From assembly GCF_006345805.1 (NCBI RefSeq), contig NW_021831284.1, forward strand, positions 124,001 through 188,000: a stretch of DNA of 64,000 bases, given 5' to 3'. The notes beneath the pieces are model-generated. The model saw only the letters and a list, made by a program, of their open reading frames with translations, was not told the DNA's origin and searched no databases. This DNA is from Octopus sinensis. Its lineage: Eukaryota. A program made the position numbers and the translations under genes. This document shows, in pieces, positions 1 through 13,020 of this stretch (within the stretch, counting starts at the first letter, position 1; each line of letters starts with the position of its first letter).

Positions 1-1495
1 GCATGGAATATATATTTAAATAACAGACAAGTTAAACATAGATAACTATTATTATAGTATAAAGTATACAAAACATACACAAAAATTCGAGCTGAACACA
101 GTAATCTTGTTTCAGACAGCGTTTTCGAAAAATCTCGACTTTATAAACTTGATAAAAGCAAATTCGGATTTACAATGTCAATATTTGATATTTTTTTAAT
201 CTTTGTTTTATTAATTTATATAATTATTAAAGCTTTCGATTGCTACGCAAATTTACAAAACCGTTTGGATTATTTCCAGCAATATCAATTCTAATCAAGT
301 TTTTTTTGCGAATAAAATGTTTTAGTATGTCGCAACAATCATTTTTTTTGACAATCTTACCTTGTCTACGTACACTAATTTTCGTTCCCTTTTCTTACTA
401 TTCTGACTTTTTAATAGAAGCTAGACATGGTTTCAACAAACAAGTATTTTATCACTATTATAATTTTTATTAGACAGTGACGTTTTTTATTAAAGACAAA
501 ATAAAAAAATTGTTGTTGATTTTATTTTTCGGGATTTTTATTGGGGTGGTTACACTCTTTATAATAAATAAAACTGGAGAATCATTTGCGAATTATTTAA
601 CACAATTCGTTTTTATTGTCAATTTAGTGAGTCATTTTGAATTATGTTTAGTTTATTTTTTTATATATATGGAGAGTTTATAGCTCCTTTATTTGATACT
701 TTTCGTGAATTGCCACAGTCAGAGTTGCGTACAAGAATTGAAGATTTGGCCTCTTCTTTGAACTTTCCCCTTCATAGACTTTTTGTGGTTGAAGGTAATT
801 TTTTATTATTTTATTTTTTAGGATCCAAAAGATCATCTCACAGTAATGCTTATGTGACTGGATTTTATAAAAAGAAGAAAATTATTTTATACGATACTCT
901 TATTGGAGCCGATAATTCGGAAAATGTAAAATTTAGTTTTTATAAATATTTTAGAATGAAAAAACTATCCAAGACGAATCTTCTCAATCAGGCGAAAGAA
1001 TGACCAATGATGAGATTGTGGCAATTCTAGCCCACGAATTAGGTCATTGGAAAAACTGGGACGTTTTTAAAATATTTGCCCTTCTTCAAGTATCTTTTTT
1101 TCATTAGTTAGATTCAACTTTTCATTACATTCAAAACATGTGGATATTTTTTGTATAACTCTAAATTCTACAATGCCTTTGGGTTTGGAACTGTGAATGT
1201 TCCAGAAATGCCTCCGTTGATTGGACTTGTCTTAATTGTTTACCTTATTTTACCACTTCAAGAACTATTGAATATATTAATGGTCACTGCGACTAGATAT
1301 AACGAGTTTGGAGCTGACAGATTTTCTACAATGATTGGATATGGGGATTACTTACAATCTGCATTAAAAAAATTGTATCGAAATAATTTGTCGTTTATTT
1401 ACGATGATTGGTTATATGCCAAATTGAAATATACACATCCACCATTGATTGAGAGACTCGATGCAATAATCAATGATTCCAAAAAGATTTCTTAG
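1..1495 (+). CDS. ZMPSTE24: CAAX prenyl protease 1 (Ste24 zinc metalloprotease), 5' end outside window, 8 short introns visible
   Basis: Spliced translation gives VFEKSRLYKLDKSKF, IEARHGFNKQ, GSKRSSHSNAY, AILAHELGHW (HExxH), EFGADRF and YTHPPLIERL. Introns are 22-30 nt GT-AG (e.g. 795-821). One apparent 1-nt indel lies in the T-run at 656-662. Confidence 0.95.
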
Positions 1496-1917
1496 TTTAG
1501 TGGGAATATGATTTTTTTTTGATTAAAAATAATACTTTAACTCAAATACATTAGAGTTTTAAATAAAAAAATCAATAAATTGAAATTAGAATTCACAGGC
1601 GAGAATCTATTTTAAATATTCTTAATTAATCTAAATGAATTACTCAAGTTACTCATATTTTTTTTTGTCAATAAAAATTCCGAATTGTCAGAAAAGAATA
1701 AAAGAAGGTTTCAAATTAGTACATATAATGCATATTGACTTATAACTATTTCTTTATCGAGGAACACTATGAAAATCGTCATTACGATAAATTCTACAAG
1801 GTTACAGATGAATCACGTTTACTAAAAATCACACGACCTCAGGTCTATAATTCCGGATATAGAGTGTAAAATTAACAAAATAAATTCGAAAAAATAAAAT
1901 AAAACAATAGAATCACA

Positions 1918-3869
1918 TCAATTAATTAAAATTAAATTGAAAATTAAAATTATAAATATGAGGCTACTTGACGATCCAGTTTCATGTTTATCCCTATCAC
2001 TCTTACACATATAAAATCTTACATTTTTATTTGTTTTCGAATTTCTGTATTAATATTTATTGTCGTTTTTGTTATAGTTGCTTGTTTATATTTTGTCGAA
2101 AAGATTTTATCAGAACTTAAATCTCCACATATATATTCATTTGATTTTATATTTTTGGAATATTTTCTAAAAACGGTTTTATTCAATATCTAAATTTCAT
2201 GCATCTAAATATTCTATACATTTATAGAATAAGTTATTTCTTCTGTTAAATTTTTTATAAATTGAGTTTTAAAGTTATATAGCTTTTTTTCATTTGTATC
2301 ATCACCTGATTTAATGCCATATCTAAGCAAAAATAATTTAATTATTACTGATCCTAAGATTGATTGTTCCAACATCTTTTTGATTGATTTGTTTCTACAT
2401 GATCCACACATTTTTTATCGCTTAAACGTGATAATAATTTGCATGAACGAAATACCTTTGTTTTAAAGTCATTTAATGTTGAACATGAGGTCACTGAATG
2501 CTCATTTTCGCTTTGAATCAAATTATTTAGAGGGTTTTTATTTTTTAGAATATTTATGAAATCCGTGTTTAGTTCTTTTTTAATGTTTGAAAATAGATTA
2601 TTTTCATTTTCGGATTCATCATCCAACATTTTACTTTTTGTACATAACTAATTTATTTAGTGAATTATTTTCTAATATTTTACAGTAATTTTCTGAGGTA
2701 TTTCAGTGACAATATTTTGCTGCCATTTCACTATAAATTTGGAAAGATATTTTAATGGTTTGGTCATTTCATCTACACCGTGTATCAACAAGAATTGTTC
2801 TACTGTTGCTGAGTATTCAAATAAACTATCAATAATAAATATAGTTAGAATTATACCTTTTAATAACATATGCATAGTCTTGAAAATATCCTGAAATGCT
2901 TTGGTGACAAAAATGTCTACAAAGTTTAACTGAATTTGCTCCGAGACATTTTCTACAATGAAGTAGTTTACAAATGTGGATTGCTCTTTTTTGACTTTCA
3001 ATTAATACTGACTCGCTTAAAATTAAAATTTTTTGGAAATTATTTATCAATGTTCTAATATAAATAACAGTAAAAAAACCTCGTTATATTTGTACTCGAT
3101 AACATATGTTTACTGAAATTAGCAAATATTTCATCATTTTTCACTATTTCATCAAAATTGCTCATATCAAGACACGGGGTGTCATTTTGTACGATCTTAT
3201 CCGAAAATGTTCGTTTATTTAAATCTACAATTTGTTGAGAAAATTCGTAAATTGCTTTCAGAAAATTTTCAGGAGTCTATAAAATTAGTTATTCAAAATA
3301 TAAAATGATACTAAAATTATAAATATAACCTCATTTCCAGAAATATAAAGTAAAAATCGAATTAAAAACGGCCGAATTATTAAATTCGCCATTTCAATTG
3401 CCAACTCACGATTCACAACAGATTGTAGATCTTCAAATATATTTACAAATGTTTTTAGCGTTGAAACTCGATGATGCACTATTAAATAAAATTTTAAATT
3501 CCCACTCCATAAAACTGAATAACTGGCATTGAAAATTCCATATAATTCTTTGAAATTATCTCCAAATTCTTTTTGGAGCATTTTATGAGTATTTTGTAGA
3601 TATGAAGCTTCTATTTTAGCCGTACAACATGAAAATCCACTTTCAAATGTTGGACAATTTAAGTCGCCTAAAGAACAATCATGATTTACAAAATAAAAAA
3701 CACCATTAAAATTTTCTCTCTCTTTATTTAACATTTCATCCAAAAAGTCATTTTCTTTATTAACAAATTCAGCAATTGTCTGATGACAAAATTCCATTTC
3801 AAGCAACTTACTTTGTTGAGAAATAGAAAATAAGAAAATAAATGAAATGAAGTTATTTTTAGTGTTCAT
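1918..3869 (-). CDS. Glypican-like GPI-anchored proteoglycan (multi-exon; in-frame TAG at 2354-2356; 3' exon frame unresolved)
   Basis: Signal-like N-terminus; glypican-type Cys motifs CPTFESGFSCCT, LLHCRKCLGANSVKLCRHFC and RCWNNQS; acidic SG site (KSGDD); C-terminal GPI-signal-like GSSSSLIFIILIFNLILIN*. Confidence 0.7.
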
Positions 3870-4057
3870 TAAAATACTTGTAAAAAAATAAATAAAACGA
3901 GCAAAAACAGTGTTTTAAATTCATTAATTATTGAATTATTAAAATAATTTAATAGGATTAATTCATTTTATCGAAATAATAATTGCTTTACGTATTTGCA
4001 TTATAAGAATTTTTGAAAAATATTCTTTCAATCTTTAAGAATAACAAATTAAAATAA

Positions 4058-5280
4058 CTATTTATAATGACCCAGCGGCAAGGACGCAGTGTGCGTTGCC
4101 CCGAACAATGGCCAGGCCGATGCGCTGGCGGAACCAGAGGCCCTCTCTCGTGTCCTTGAGCCTCCTCCCGATGGACTGCCCGACTTCGTTGAGGAACGAG
4201 TCAGTCTCCTTTCCCGTAGCTCCAGAGGTCTCCAGGGCGATTGCCGTAACGCGGTAGCGGTCCGCGAGCGAAGAATATTTTTGTATTTTGATCTTTTCGG
4301 CGTGGTTTGCCGCCGAACAAGGGTTTGCAGCGGAAGAATGGATCCTCGATTTTGAAAAGGTATCCACAACGGTAACATCCCATACGAGGGCCTTCCCCGA
4401 CGAGTACGGGAATATTGTCATCCCGTCAGGCCTTTTGCCATCTCCCCGATCGAGTCCGACCGGTTCGAGGAGGCACGAATGGCCCGCCGATTCGAGACCG
4501 GCCTTCACGATTTCATTGAGGGCCTTGTGTCTGTGTTCCCTGCCTGCGCTCCTCTTGTAGGAAAGTGGGTGCAGTCCCTTTTTGTCAACGTCCTCACCGC
4601 ATCTGCAGCGGTGTTTTGCGCAAACATCCAGGCCGAGACGGTGAGCCACTCCGATGCGTATGGCAGCATCGTCTAGCCACGTCCCGATGCTGGAAAGAGT
4701 AAGAGCCTTCAGCCAGCTGCCAGAGTGAGGGGCGGATGCCACACGAAGGCATGCCAGGCGGTGTTGATCAAGGGTTGCCGAGAGCTCAGACACACGCGCT
4801 CGGCATGCGATAGAGTCCCAGGCACGTTGGGAGGAGAAATCTTCGGGCCTCTCAGAAAAGGAGCGATCCCAGGTAGTGAGCCCATCCGAAAAAGCACCGT
4901 CTAGGCAAGATCCGAAAGATTTGAGTAGGATCTCAGAGGCCAGGTTGTTGCACATCGAAAGGGAGGATAGATATGCCGGAAGTGCCAAATCAGATGCAGT
5001 GCGGATTCCCGCACCTCCGAATCTCAGTGGGAGCGAGCATTGGGCCCATCCCGGGCCATCGAGATGGACATTGAGGACGAATTCGGCAGTCTTTTTCAGG
5101 ATTGCGTCGTATGCGGCGAGTAGGTCCATATGCAGGAAGCAGGGATTGCTCCTGAGGGTGAAAATGAGTTTCGGCAGATTAATGCTGTTCTTCAGGAGGA
5201 AAAATGCAGTGTGCGAGTCCAAGATAGAGAGATTTGTTGAAAGTCTTTGGAAGTGTTCGGCTTTGGCGGAAATCACATCA
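4058..5280 (-). mobile_element. CRE-clade non-LTR retrotransposon, 5'-truncated, intact 404-aa C-terminal ORF (post-RT region, Zn knuckle, RLE endonuclease)
   Basis: ORF 4062-5276 contains LPLRFGGAGIR, CRCGEDVDKKGLHPLSYKRSAGREHRH, KRPDGMTIFPYSSGKALVWDVTVVDTF and WFRQRIGLAIVRGNA. It is much more GC-rich than its flanks. Confidence 0.9.
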
Positions 5281-5579
5281 ATGGGGATGTGATGATATCT
5301 CCAGCAAAGCTAAAGCGGTCAGACCTACATTGGAAAAGCAGTCTCGCTTGTTTCGGCGGCGCAACTAGACCTGAAAACGGTGCGTGGCTTAATGCCATCA
5401 TTTCCTTACAGTCTGGAACTCTTCTCGATAATGACTGTGTAAGGATTGGCGTAGAAATGCGTTTTGGACTTAATGTTTGTTTGGAGGGCCAATGCCGATG
5501 TGGTAGTGAACTCGATACCAAAGGATTACATCCCCTTTCATGCAAAAGGAGTGCTGGCCGTCCTCCCAGACACACCTGA
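5281..5579 (+). mobile_element. Older CRE-like fragment (Zn-knuckle region), part of a module repeated at 28557-28918
   Basis: Translates to AWLNAII...LLDNDCVRIG...CRCGSELDTKGLHPLSCKRSAGRPPRH; highly similar to 28557-28858. Confidence 0.8.
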
Positions 5580-5640
5580 AACGTTGTAATTCTTGTATAA
5601 TATAAATTCTCTGCCATCTTTAAGATAATGAAAAATTTCT
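5571..5640 (-). pseudogene. Fragment of Ig-family domain-1 exon fused to the CRE fragment
   Basis: Minus strand reads HYLKDGREFILYKNYNVSGV, matching YHQDGRKLIFNENFKVAGV of the copy at 49622-51582. Confidence 0.6.
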
Positions 5641-5879
5641 TAGGTAAATGGGAACCTATTACCGCTACCTTCATTTCTTTATATGGCAAGAATAATGACA
5701 GAAATCAATTACCTAATTCTACATGATCATTGTTTTGATTCTTATTTAGTTGGACTCAATAATCAGAAGACACTCGGCCTTTTCTGAGATTCCCACGGAA
5801 ATGAAAAGAGTAGTAACCTGCAATCGCTTTCAGAAAGTCCAAAATGAATTGAAAATGATTTTTTCTATCTTCGGGGATT

Positions 5880-6000
5880 TTTTTAATCTATCCTCAAGGG
5901 AACATTATCATAAAAAAATTGAACGACTGGTTTTCTTTTAGCTTGGACTCGTTGATGACGATTAAATCCAGATTCCCTTTCTTTACCATCACTATGGGGC
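5880..6000 (-). mobile_element. Possible remnant of a LINE APE endonuclease N-terminus
   Basis: Only the short motif KGNLDLIVINESKL, resembling the APE D-x-I-x-I-x-E-T/S-W/K-L motif. Confidence 0.35.
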
Positions 6001-6760
6001 ATCCACGGTAGCATGCCAGATAGCTGGAGTGATTACAGTTAATTAAAATCCGTTGGCAAGGCTTTTTAGTATTCTGTTTGTTCCGAAAAACAGCTTCTAT
6101 GATCGTGTTGTTCGCCACAGAGTAGGCGGCAGGTCTTTTCGCTACATATATTGAACTTGTGTCCAAATTTATAACATCAAAAGCACCGAACTGCAGGAGT
6201 TTGACTATTTTTTACTCAGGTGCACGTTTACTTAGCTAGAAATCCATTGAGGGATCCCTTTTAGAATAAAGACTGACATCTTCCGAGCAACTAAGGCGAG
6301 TTTATGACATTATTTTCCAAAAATGTTTGTTAAAGAAAGCTGTGCTGAGAATCCATCTACATCTTCAGTCTTTCTCAATTCAAGGCAATATAACCCTGAT
6401 TTTTGTAATGTTATTCGAGTCCTCAAAACATTTGTTGCTTCAGAATGGAAATAGGACCTTATCAAGAGCGGGACATGTCAATTGTTTAAAATTAGGTTAC
6501 CCCATCTTTTTTTCTTTCCAAAGATTTATCTAGTTTAATTAACCCTTTAGTAGAGTCCGTAGGTTTTTGTCTTTTTTTACTAACTTTCAAGTGCTGTAAA
6601 CTTTGTAGTCAGACAATTTGTTGAGTTCGCGACAATAATTTAATGAAAAACTATAAATTTAATATTAATACGCTAACATTTCCTTTTATTAAATTATTGG
6701 ATTAAACCATGATTAAAAAAATCCATATTTATTAAACAAACTAGTCTAAATTATATATAT

Positions 6761-8675
6761 TTAGTAATAAGCATAAATCTCTTGTAATGTTTGTGGAGCC
6801 TTTGCATTCATGTGATTTGATTTAATAGTACAATATCCTTTTAAGTGCTTGTGGGTCTCACGCATAAAAATCCCTGAAGACCTGAAAATAAAAATACATT
6901 AAACTATACGTGAGATTTTCATCTAAAATTATATATATTTATAAAATAAAACCTTTAATTTTTCGACGGTATACAAATATTTCTAACAATGGAAGTCCAA
7001 CAAAAATAATTGTCGAAAAAAAGATCAGTAGAATGTACACGAGAGAAATAGATTTTTTTTCCTCTAAATTCATATACATTAAAAAAATTCACCAAAGTGC
7101 AAAAAAACTTTGATTGTATAATTATCTTCTAAAAATCCATCAGATAAAATGCAAGTGAGATTCATTGCTGGAGGATCATTTTTTGGAACATTGTTGGATT
7201 TCAAATAAAATAAAAAATTGCTTATATTTCCTTCAGATTTTATATTATAGGAGAGATCATTTTTTGTTGTATTTAGTACATTAAACAACCATTTGAAATT
7301 CATTTTTCTAATTGGGTCGACTTTTCCACCACATGAAATTTTATAATGATTTCTTCCGATCTTTTCAATTCGATTATAGTAAGGTAGGAATATAAATGGC
7401 GTTTCTATGATTTTGAGGTAAACCGTTTTAGCAGCTCTTGCAAATTTGTTGTAAACAAGACAACGAATGCTCATGGACTGAGTTACATTTATGATAGTAA
7501 ACGTTCTATTATCTTTAGACAAAAATGATATAAAATCAAGTGGATGTGTTCCTAAATCGAAATAGCAGTTGAATAGTACCGTATTCTACTGAATCCAAAT
7601 ACCACTTAATTTGGGGCTCAGGATATCCTCCTACCCAGGTGCACATAAAAGTCGCATTATCCCCTTTTGTTTTATTGAGTGAGACAAAATCATGGGAAAT
7701 AGAAGGTGATTCTAACATTAAAAAAATATATTACCGTAAAAAGAAAGTTTAAATTTTCTTTCAAGGTACGAATATTTATAATTCTTATACGAAGGAATGC
7801 AAATTAGTTCCCGGGTTGGATATGTCGCATTTACACCCACAAATAATCCGTCAGTGCCTATTAACGTTTTCCCCTCGTAATATGAAATCGTGTCATATAT
7901 TCTAAAATTAATATTATTTCACAAACTTTCCAAAAAATATACATGGATGAATTAATCCGGCTGTTTTAGAATTAATGAGTACATGATCTCCTCTTGAAAA
8001 TGTGTGTCCTCCCGAGGGTATGATATGTTTATTCATGGGCTTAACATTATGAAAATGAAAAATTTTTTTTTCATATTTGCCTTCACATATGAACTGACAA
8101 AATATATCCTCCTCGAGAAAATATTTAATGTAAAGATTGTTATTTTCCGTTTGCATTCTGTCATTTTTTGACTTGAACTTGATAATTTGTTTGAATCCAT
8201 TATTTGGGCAATATTTGTACCAGATGCAGTCAGTACTAACGCCTTTACTTTCTAAAGCTGCATAAGGGGACAAATAGTTGTAAAAAACTAGAATTATTCA
8301 CAATTTCGAAATACCAGTATATTTATTTAATGCCTCAACTTTAAATGGGAGAGATGTTTCCCGACCACATTTGTTTTCAACAGTGCAACTAAATATTCCT
8401 GATATGTTGTAGTCCTGATTGAATGTAAGATTTCTGCCATCTCTATAATAAGGTAAATCTTGAGTGAAGTCAATGAGAATCCCATCTTTGCTCCATCTAT
8501 AAATATATTATATAATTATCATTTACTTATATTCATGATCTGGTATACCTTCTATGGGACATTGTATGGTGTAGTTTAAGTAATTCAGAAAGTAAGTTGA
8601 GTCTGACATGTCCATAGTTGGAGGAAGACATTCAGCTATTATTTGAACAGATAATATCAATAGTATTAACAGCAT
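6761..8675 (-). CDS. Five-Ig-like-domain type I membrane protein, copy 1, long Tyr-motif tail
   Basis: Manual splicing gives an open frame: signal MLLILLILSVQIIAEC; D1 CPIE..WSKDG..FSCTVEN; D4 CTWVGGYPEPQIKW..CLVYN; D5 CGGKVDP..KW..CILSDG; TM ISLVYILLIFFSTIIFVGLPLL; tail ending LKGYCTIKSN..TLQEIYAYY*. Introns 23-30 nt, including a 13-nt microexon at 6910-6922. Confidence 0.85.
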
Positions 8676-9249
8676 TTCAATTTATTTGCGATCTAATTGC
8701 TACTTGTGTCATTGGTTTTTCTCTATTTATGGAAATATTTAAAATGTTTATAATTAGCGTTAATTATAAAAAATAAACTTTGCTGATAGTTTTTTCGTTT
8801 GTGTAAATCAATTTCTAGTTTTTCCTTATTTGGCTAAAAATTTATACAGCCAAACATGAACATAGTGAATTTCCCTTAATCACGGAACACAGTAGTTTTA
8901 ATTTCCTCTAAACTCAACTATAAAATATGATTTTTTAAACCGAAACAGATGTTGTTATTAACCAGTAGATTTTTTTAATTTTAATCTTATAAAAAAATTT
9001 TGAATTATTTAAGCTACGGTTTAGAAGAGTGATATGAACCTACATTTTTTTATATAAAAAATGCAGAACTCAAGACTCTGTATGCACATACAAAACTGTT
9101 TTTTGCGGCGACATTTATATCAATAACTCATGTTAGGCTGAACATAGCCTAAAACAATTTAGTCGAAATCGACTTTTTGATCAATAAAGAACATTATACA
9201 AACTTACTCGTGCAAAAGGATCAGAAGTGATTAGACATCGTTCTTTCTG

Positions 9250-9530
9250 CCAATCAAAAGGGATGATGGAAAATAAGCGACCAATCACGCCAATAATATC
9301 CACAAACCCGAATGATAAATATCTTACCGATTTGGTGAATCTAAGGTGTTATTAAGAAAGATATTATTGGGTATTTATTAGAAGTATTAAATTTTAGTTG
9401 CTGTTGACTCAATAGTTGCAACTTCAAAAAACTCAGAAGAAATATTATTTATCGAGAAAATCTTTTACACGATGGTCCTCCTCACATAGTTCATGCGGAT
9501 AATGGAAAATAGTTTAGGAACATAACTTCG
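9250..9530 (+). mobile_element. Degraded DDE integrase remnant (Ginger2/KRBA2-SCAND3-like)
   Basis: Reads KRPITPIISTNPNDKYLTDLVNL and GPPHIVHADNGK*FRN (integrase core D..DNG.EF pattern), with stops. Confidence 0.55.
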
Positions 9531-9665
9531 AATTTGCTTAACTTTCAAAATTCTAAAATGACCTTTCAGTTAAAGTTCAATATTTTAATCATATGCTTAA
9601 ATCTCTCAAAATCGATAATAGAAGAAATTACTCGCAGAAAAATTAAAGAAAACCAATATCAATGA

Positions 9666-10341
9666 TTATCTAATAACGGCAGGAACATCCACATCCATTT
9701 GGACATCTTGAGGCTTCAACTTTCCTGACTCCTCCATTTTCTTAGCCTGGATCCTCAGCCTCTTATCCTTCACATTCTTCCTCTTTGCATCAGCCAAATC
9801 ACTACTCATAAATAAAAACTGTCCACCTCATTTCTTTGAGCCTCTTTTGTTCTGACTGATTCTTATGAATATATTCCATAAGCGTTCTCTTACTCTTAAA
9901 TGTATTTCCCTTGCATTTCAGATATATTCGGTGATATCTGGATATTTAAAATAATTGGCAATACGTGTGACGGTCGATTTTTCCACTTTCCCTGTAGCTT
10001 TTCAGAAGACGACGTTGAATCCGAATTCTGTTGATCCACAGGCGTTTCTGAGGCATTCGAGCGTTAGCAGTGCCTCTCCTCTTTCCGATTCCAGTATGGC
10101 GACCCTTCCTTCTAGCTTCCAGTTTTATACGTATTCGGGCACGTGATTGAACTTTTACGGGCTTGCGGAAAATTATTCCGTTTTTTATCATTTTTCGAAC
10201 ACTTTGTCCTTGTGGGATATATTTTTAATATATACTTGAGTTGGCACTAGATATGTGCTGTGTCTCGTTTGAATCCAACCAAACACGTTTTTTCCCACAT
10301 TTAAGTATGTCAGCAGCTAATCTTCGTTGTAATCTCAGCAT
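9666..10341 (-). CDS. RPL19: 60S ribosomal protein L19 (eL19), 3 introns
   Basis: [57 protein letters not shown]; GT-AG introns of 25-27 nt. Confidence 0.97.
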
Positions 10342-10599
10342 TTCGTCTACTATTAAATTAAACACTACAAAACAAACAGCCACAAGAAAGGTGTACACGT
10401 GAAAATTTAAAATAATAATTAAAAAATAAAAGTTGTTAAGATTTTTTATGTTATAAATACATACAAATATTTAATTTGGTATATAAAGTTTTTTTCCTTT
10501 AGAACTTACAAATGTTGTTATTAATGCCACTTAAAGTTAGTACAAAAGGACAAAAAAAGCCGCTATTAAAACTAAAATTTTCGGATTTCAAAACCAGTT

Positions 10600-10760
10600 G
10601 AGTAATTGGCCAAAAGCTCTCAAAATCCTCTCAGAGATTGGTTTAATTACTTCGAGGAGTCACGACAGTTGCAAAACGAGCTGGCTTTTTCAACGGATAT
10701 CGCTCGCGATATTATGTGGAAACTGCTGTCCATCCGCACGGCGACTAATTCAAATTAATC
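10600..10760 (+). mobile_element. CRE-like 3' remnant
   Basis: WLFQRISLAILCGNC matches the CRE C-terminus WFRQRIGLAIVRGNA. Confidence 0.65.
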
Positions 10761-11329
10761 TTTATATTGCTATTCTTTACAAATTAACCATAGAAAAATT
10801 AGTATCTCATAAATATACTAACTCCGCGTACTAAAAGAAAGCTAGGAAAAGAGTAGACCACATAGCTCGGAGAATGTAAGTGATAGTGTGTTGGTGGACA
10901 GTTATCTCAAGCTAGCTGATTTACTTTAAGGGCCTGGATTTGATTCTTATAAGCAACCTGTGCAGAAAAGCTCGGATTGGACTGTCAGATATCAGAGTTA
11001 CTACGATCCCGCTAATCTGGGATTTTTCAATGGCAAGGCCAAACGTAACTAACCTGGACATCGATATTAACTTACGATTGGAGGTAGCGGTCCCAATCTC
11101 TATAATCTTCGTTATATGGTCGGGCTAATGTGTGAGCGTCATTCTCTGAATCTTCTACCTATCATCATTAACTATCCCGGACACCCGATACAGACCTAAT
11201 CTGGGAGATGGTGGCTCCAGAACGGTCATGCATCGTGAGCTCCTGCGTTAGAAGATCGGGCAGTTGATCGGTACAGAATCTGTAAATTCCCTAATTGACT
11301 AACGCTGGCACGAGACAGACAATCCGGCT

Positions 11330-11910
11330 GTGCAGACTTTGTCGACTTGAGGAGTTGGGTCAATGATGGGTCGACATCGAGGTGATTTAATCAGTGAGCT
11401 TGAAAGTTGTATTAAGAATGTGATCAGAACTAATAAAGATGCCATGTTTTTATTTGGTTTGGTGGTTCTCCTAAAAGAGAAAAGCAGCCACCAAATAAAT
11501 CAAATGTAACGAGTATTACTCTGTTTAATGCCTGTTCTCTTCGAAAGCGTGAGCAGAGCTGATAGCTCTTATCAGCACAGTTCAGATGAATGTATTTATC
11601 GTTAACAAAACGAAAATCAAGAGGTCTGAGAGTACAGTGCGACCTCGAATTTGGGAAAACCAAGTAGCTGGGAAACCCTCTTTTCGTGGAATACTGTAGT
11701 TTTGAGGAAATATTTTTTCTATTCCTATGAAATACGACGATTTTTAATGTAATAAAACCCATATTGGACATGTTTCTTCTGGCATGGAAGATGCCAATTG
11801 TTCGCATGATCCGGAAGAAAGGAAAACTAAGTTCTGATCCTGCAAATTACAGACCAAACAGCCTCATATGTTTTATCTCAAAAATCATGGAAAAATTGTC
11901 TTTAAAGCAC
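11330..11910 (+). mobile_element. Internally deleted APE-type LINE remnant (CR1/L2/Jockey-like)
   Basis: 11330-11640 is similar to 42500-42830 (APE start). It is followed by WKMPIVRMIRKKGKLSSDPANYRPNSLICFISKIMEK, the pre-RT motif. Confidence 0.65.
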
Positions 11911-11939
11911 TATCAACTTATTGAAGATAAGGAATATCT

Positions 11940-12340
11940 TTTGCATATTTTAGTGTATGATAAGAGGAAAAAAGAAATAAATTTAATCGAAGTGGGCATT
12001 ATTTCACAAAATCGTTTAAAGCAAGTTGAATTGGAGAAATTTTACAAATACGACATGCTTGCAAACGAACTGTCGGTTCCCTATGATGCATAAGTAGAGA
12101 TCATTCCAATTGTCTTAACATGTGAGATAGAGTTGTCTCAAAGTTCCTTAAAAGTCATATGGATAAGCTATCCATTGAAGACATTACGTCCAGTCGATTG
12201 TTCTAAAGAGGACGCTCGAGAGTATTCTCACTAAATACAGACATGGAATTAATGTAGACAACGAAGAGTAAGCCTCTATCACCAATCAACTTGCGGACGT
12301 GGCATGTCGCGAGGACACTCAGCTGAACAAAAAACAGAGT
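11940..12340 (+). mobile_element. R4/Dong-like RLE retrotransposon, 3' fragment
   Basis: ILVYDKRKKEINLIEVGIISQNRLKQVELEKFYKYDMLANEL; nucleotide similarity to the reverse complement of 33100-33500. Confidence 0.85.
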
Positions 12341-13020
12341 TGAACCGCAGGAAAGTACGCTTGAACTGGACAAAGGAATAAACGAGATTTATCACCAAAT
12401 AAGTGTGTCGTCAACATCGCCAGTGCCTGTCAGTGCCTCGACAGGAAAGAGGCGGGCTTGCCTACCTGAATTACTTCGCGAATAGAGAATATAGCAACCA
12501 GGAGTTTAATTAATTATCTCAATTATCAATAGACTATTTTTATTTTTTTAATTCTTAAAAAGTGAGCACTAACGTTCTCGATTATAAATATTTCTTGTAA
12601 AAGTTAATTAATAGGTTCTTTTTGGAAATATGTATTTTATTCTACTCTAGTATGAGAGTAAATGATGTGTTTATCACACACAAAATAAATTTTCATAAAA
12701 AAGGTAGATAAATTACTTTAATTATTTCAATTTTTATTGATTAACTTTAAAAATAAAAACCCTTTCGCATAAATATAAACATTTTTTGAAGAAAAAAAAT
12801 TAGCGCAGGCAACATTTGGTACAAACCAGCGGAAATAATATCAAACCGCAATAGATAAAATCCGTATCATTTTTGTCCTAAGCTAGGAATTTGTTTTCCG
12901 AAATTTATGTCAATTTTCTTAGAATATGATCTTCCGATATTTTCTAAACAAGTTGAAGCTTATCTCTTAAAAAATATAAGAAATTAATAAAACCAAAAAT
13001 AGAAAAAAATAGTTATCTAA

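Noticed and set aside
2354-2356. Stop-codon reassignment (TAG as sense)
   Set aside because: TAG terminates ZMPSTE24 and UBE2N at the expected positions, and no other in-frame TAG was needed in the conserved genes.
4089-5292. Several overlapping plus-strand ORFs and alternative-frame ORFs over the CRE element (also over 29535-30537 and 45007-47340)
   Set aside because: They are shadow ORFs of GC-rich retrotransposon coding sequence, with no independent protein features.
5765-5800. CTCGGCCTTTT resembling the U2 snRNA 5' end
   Set aside because: The match is only about 11 nt, and the branch-point recognition and Sm-site sequences are absent.
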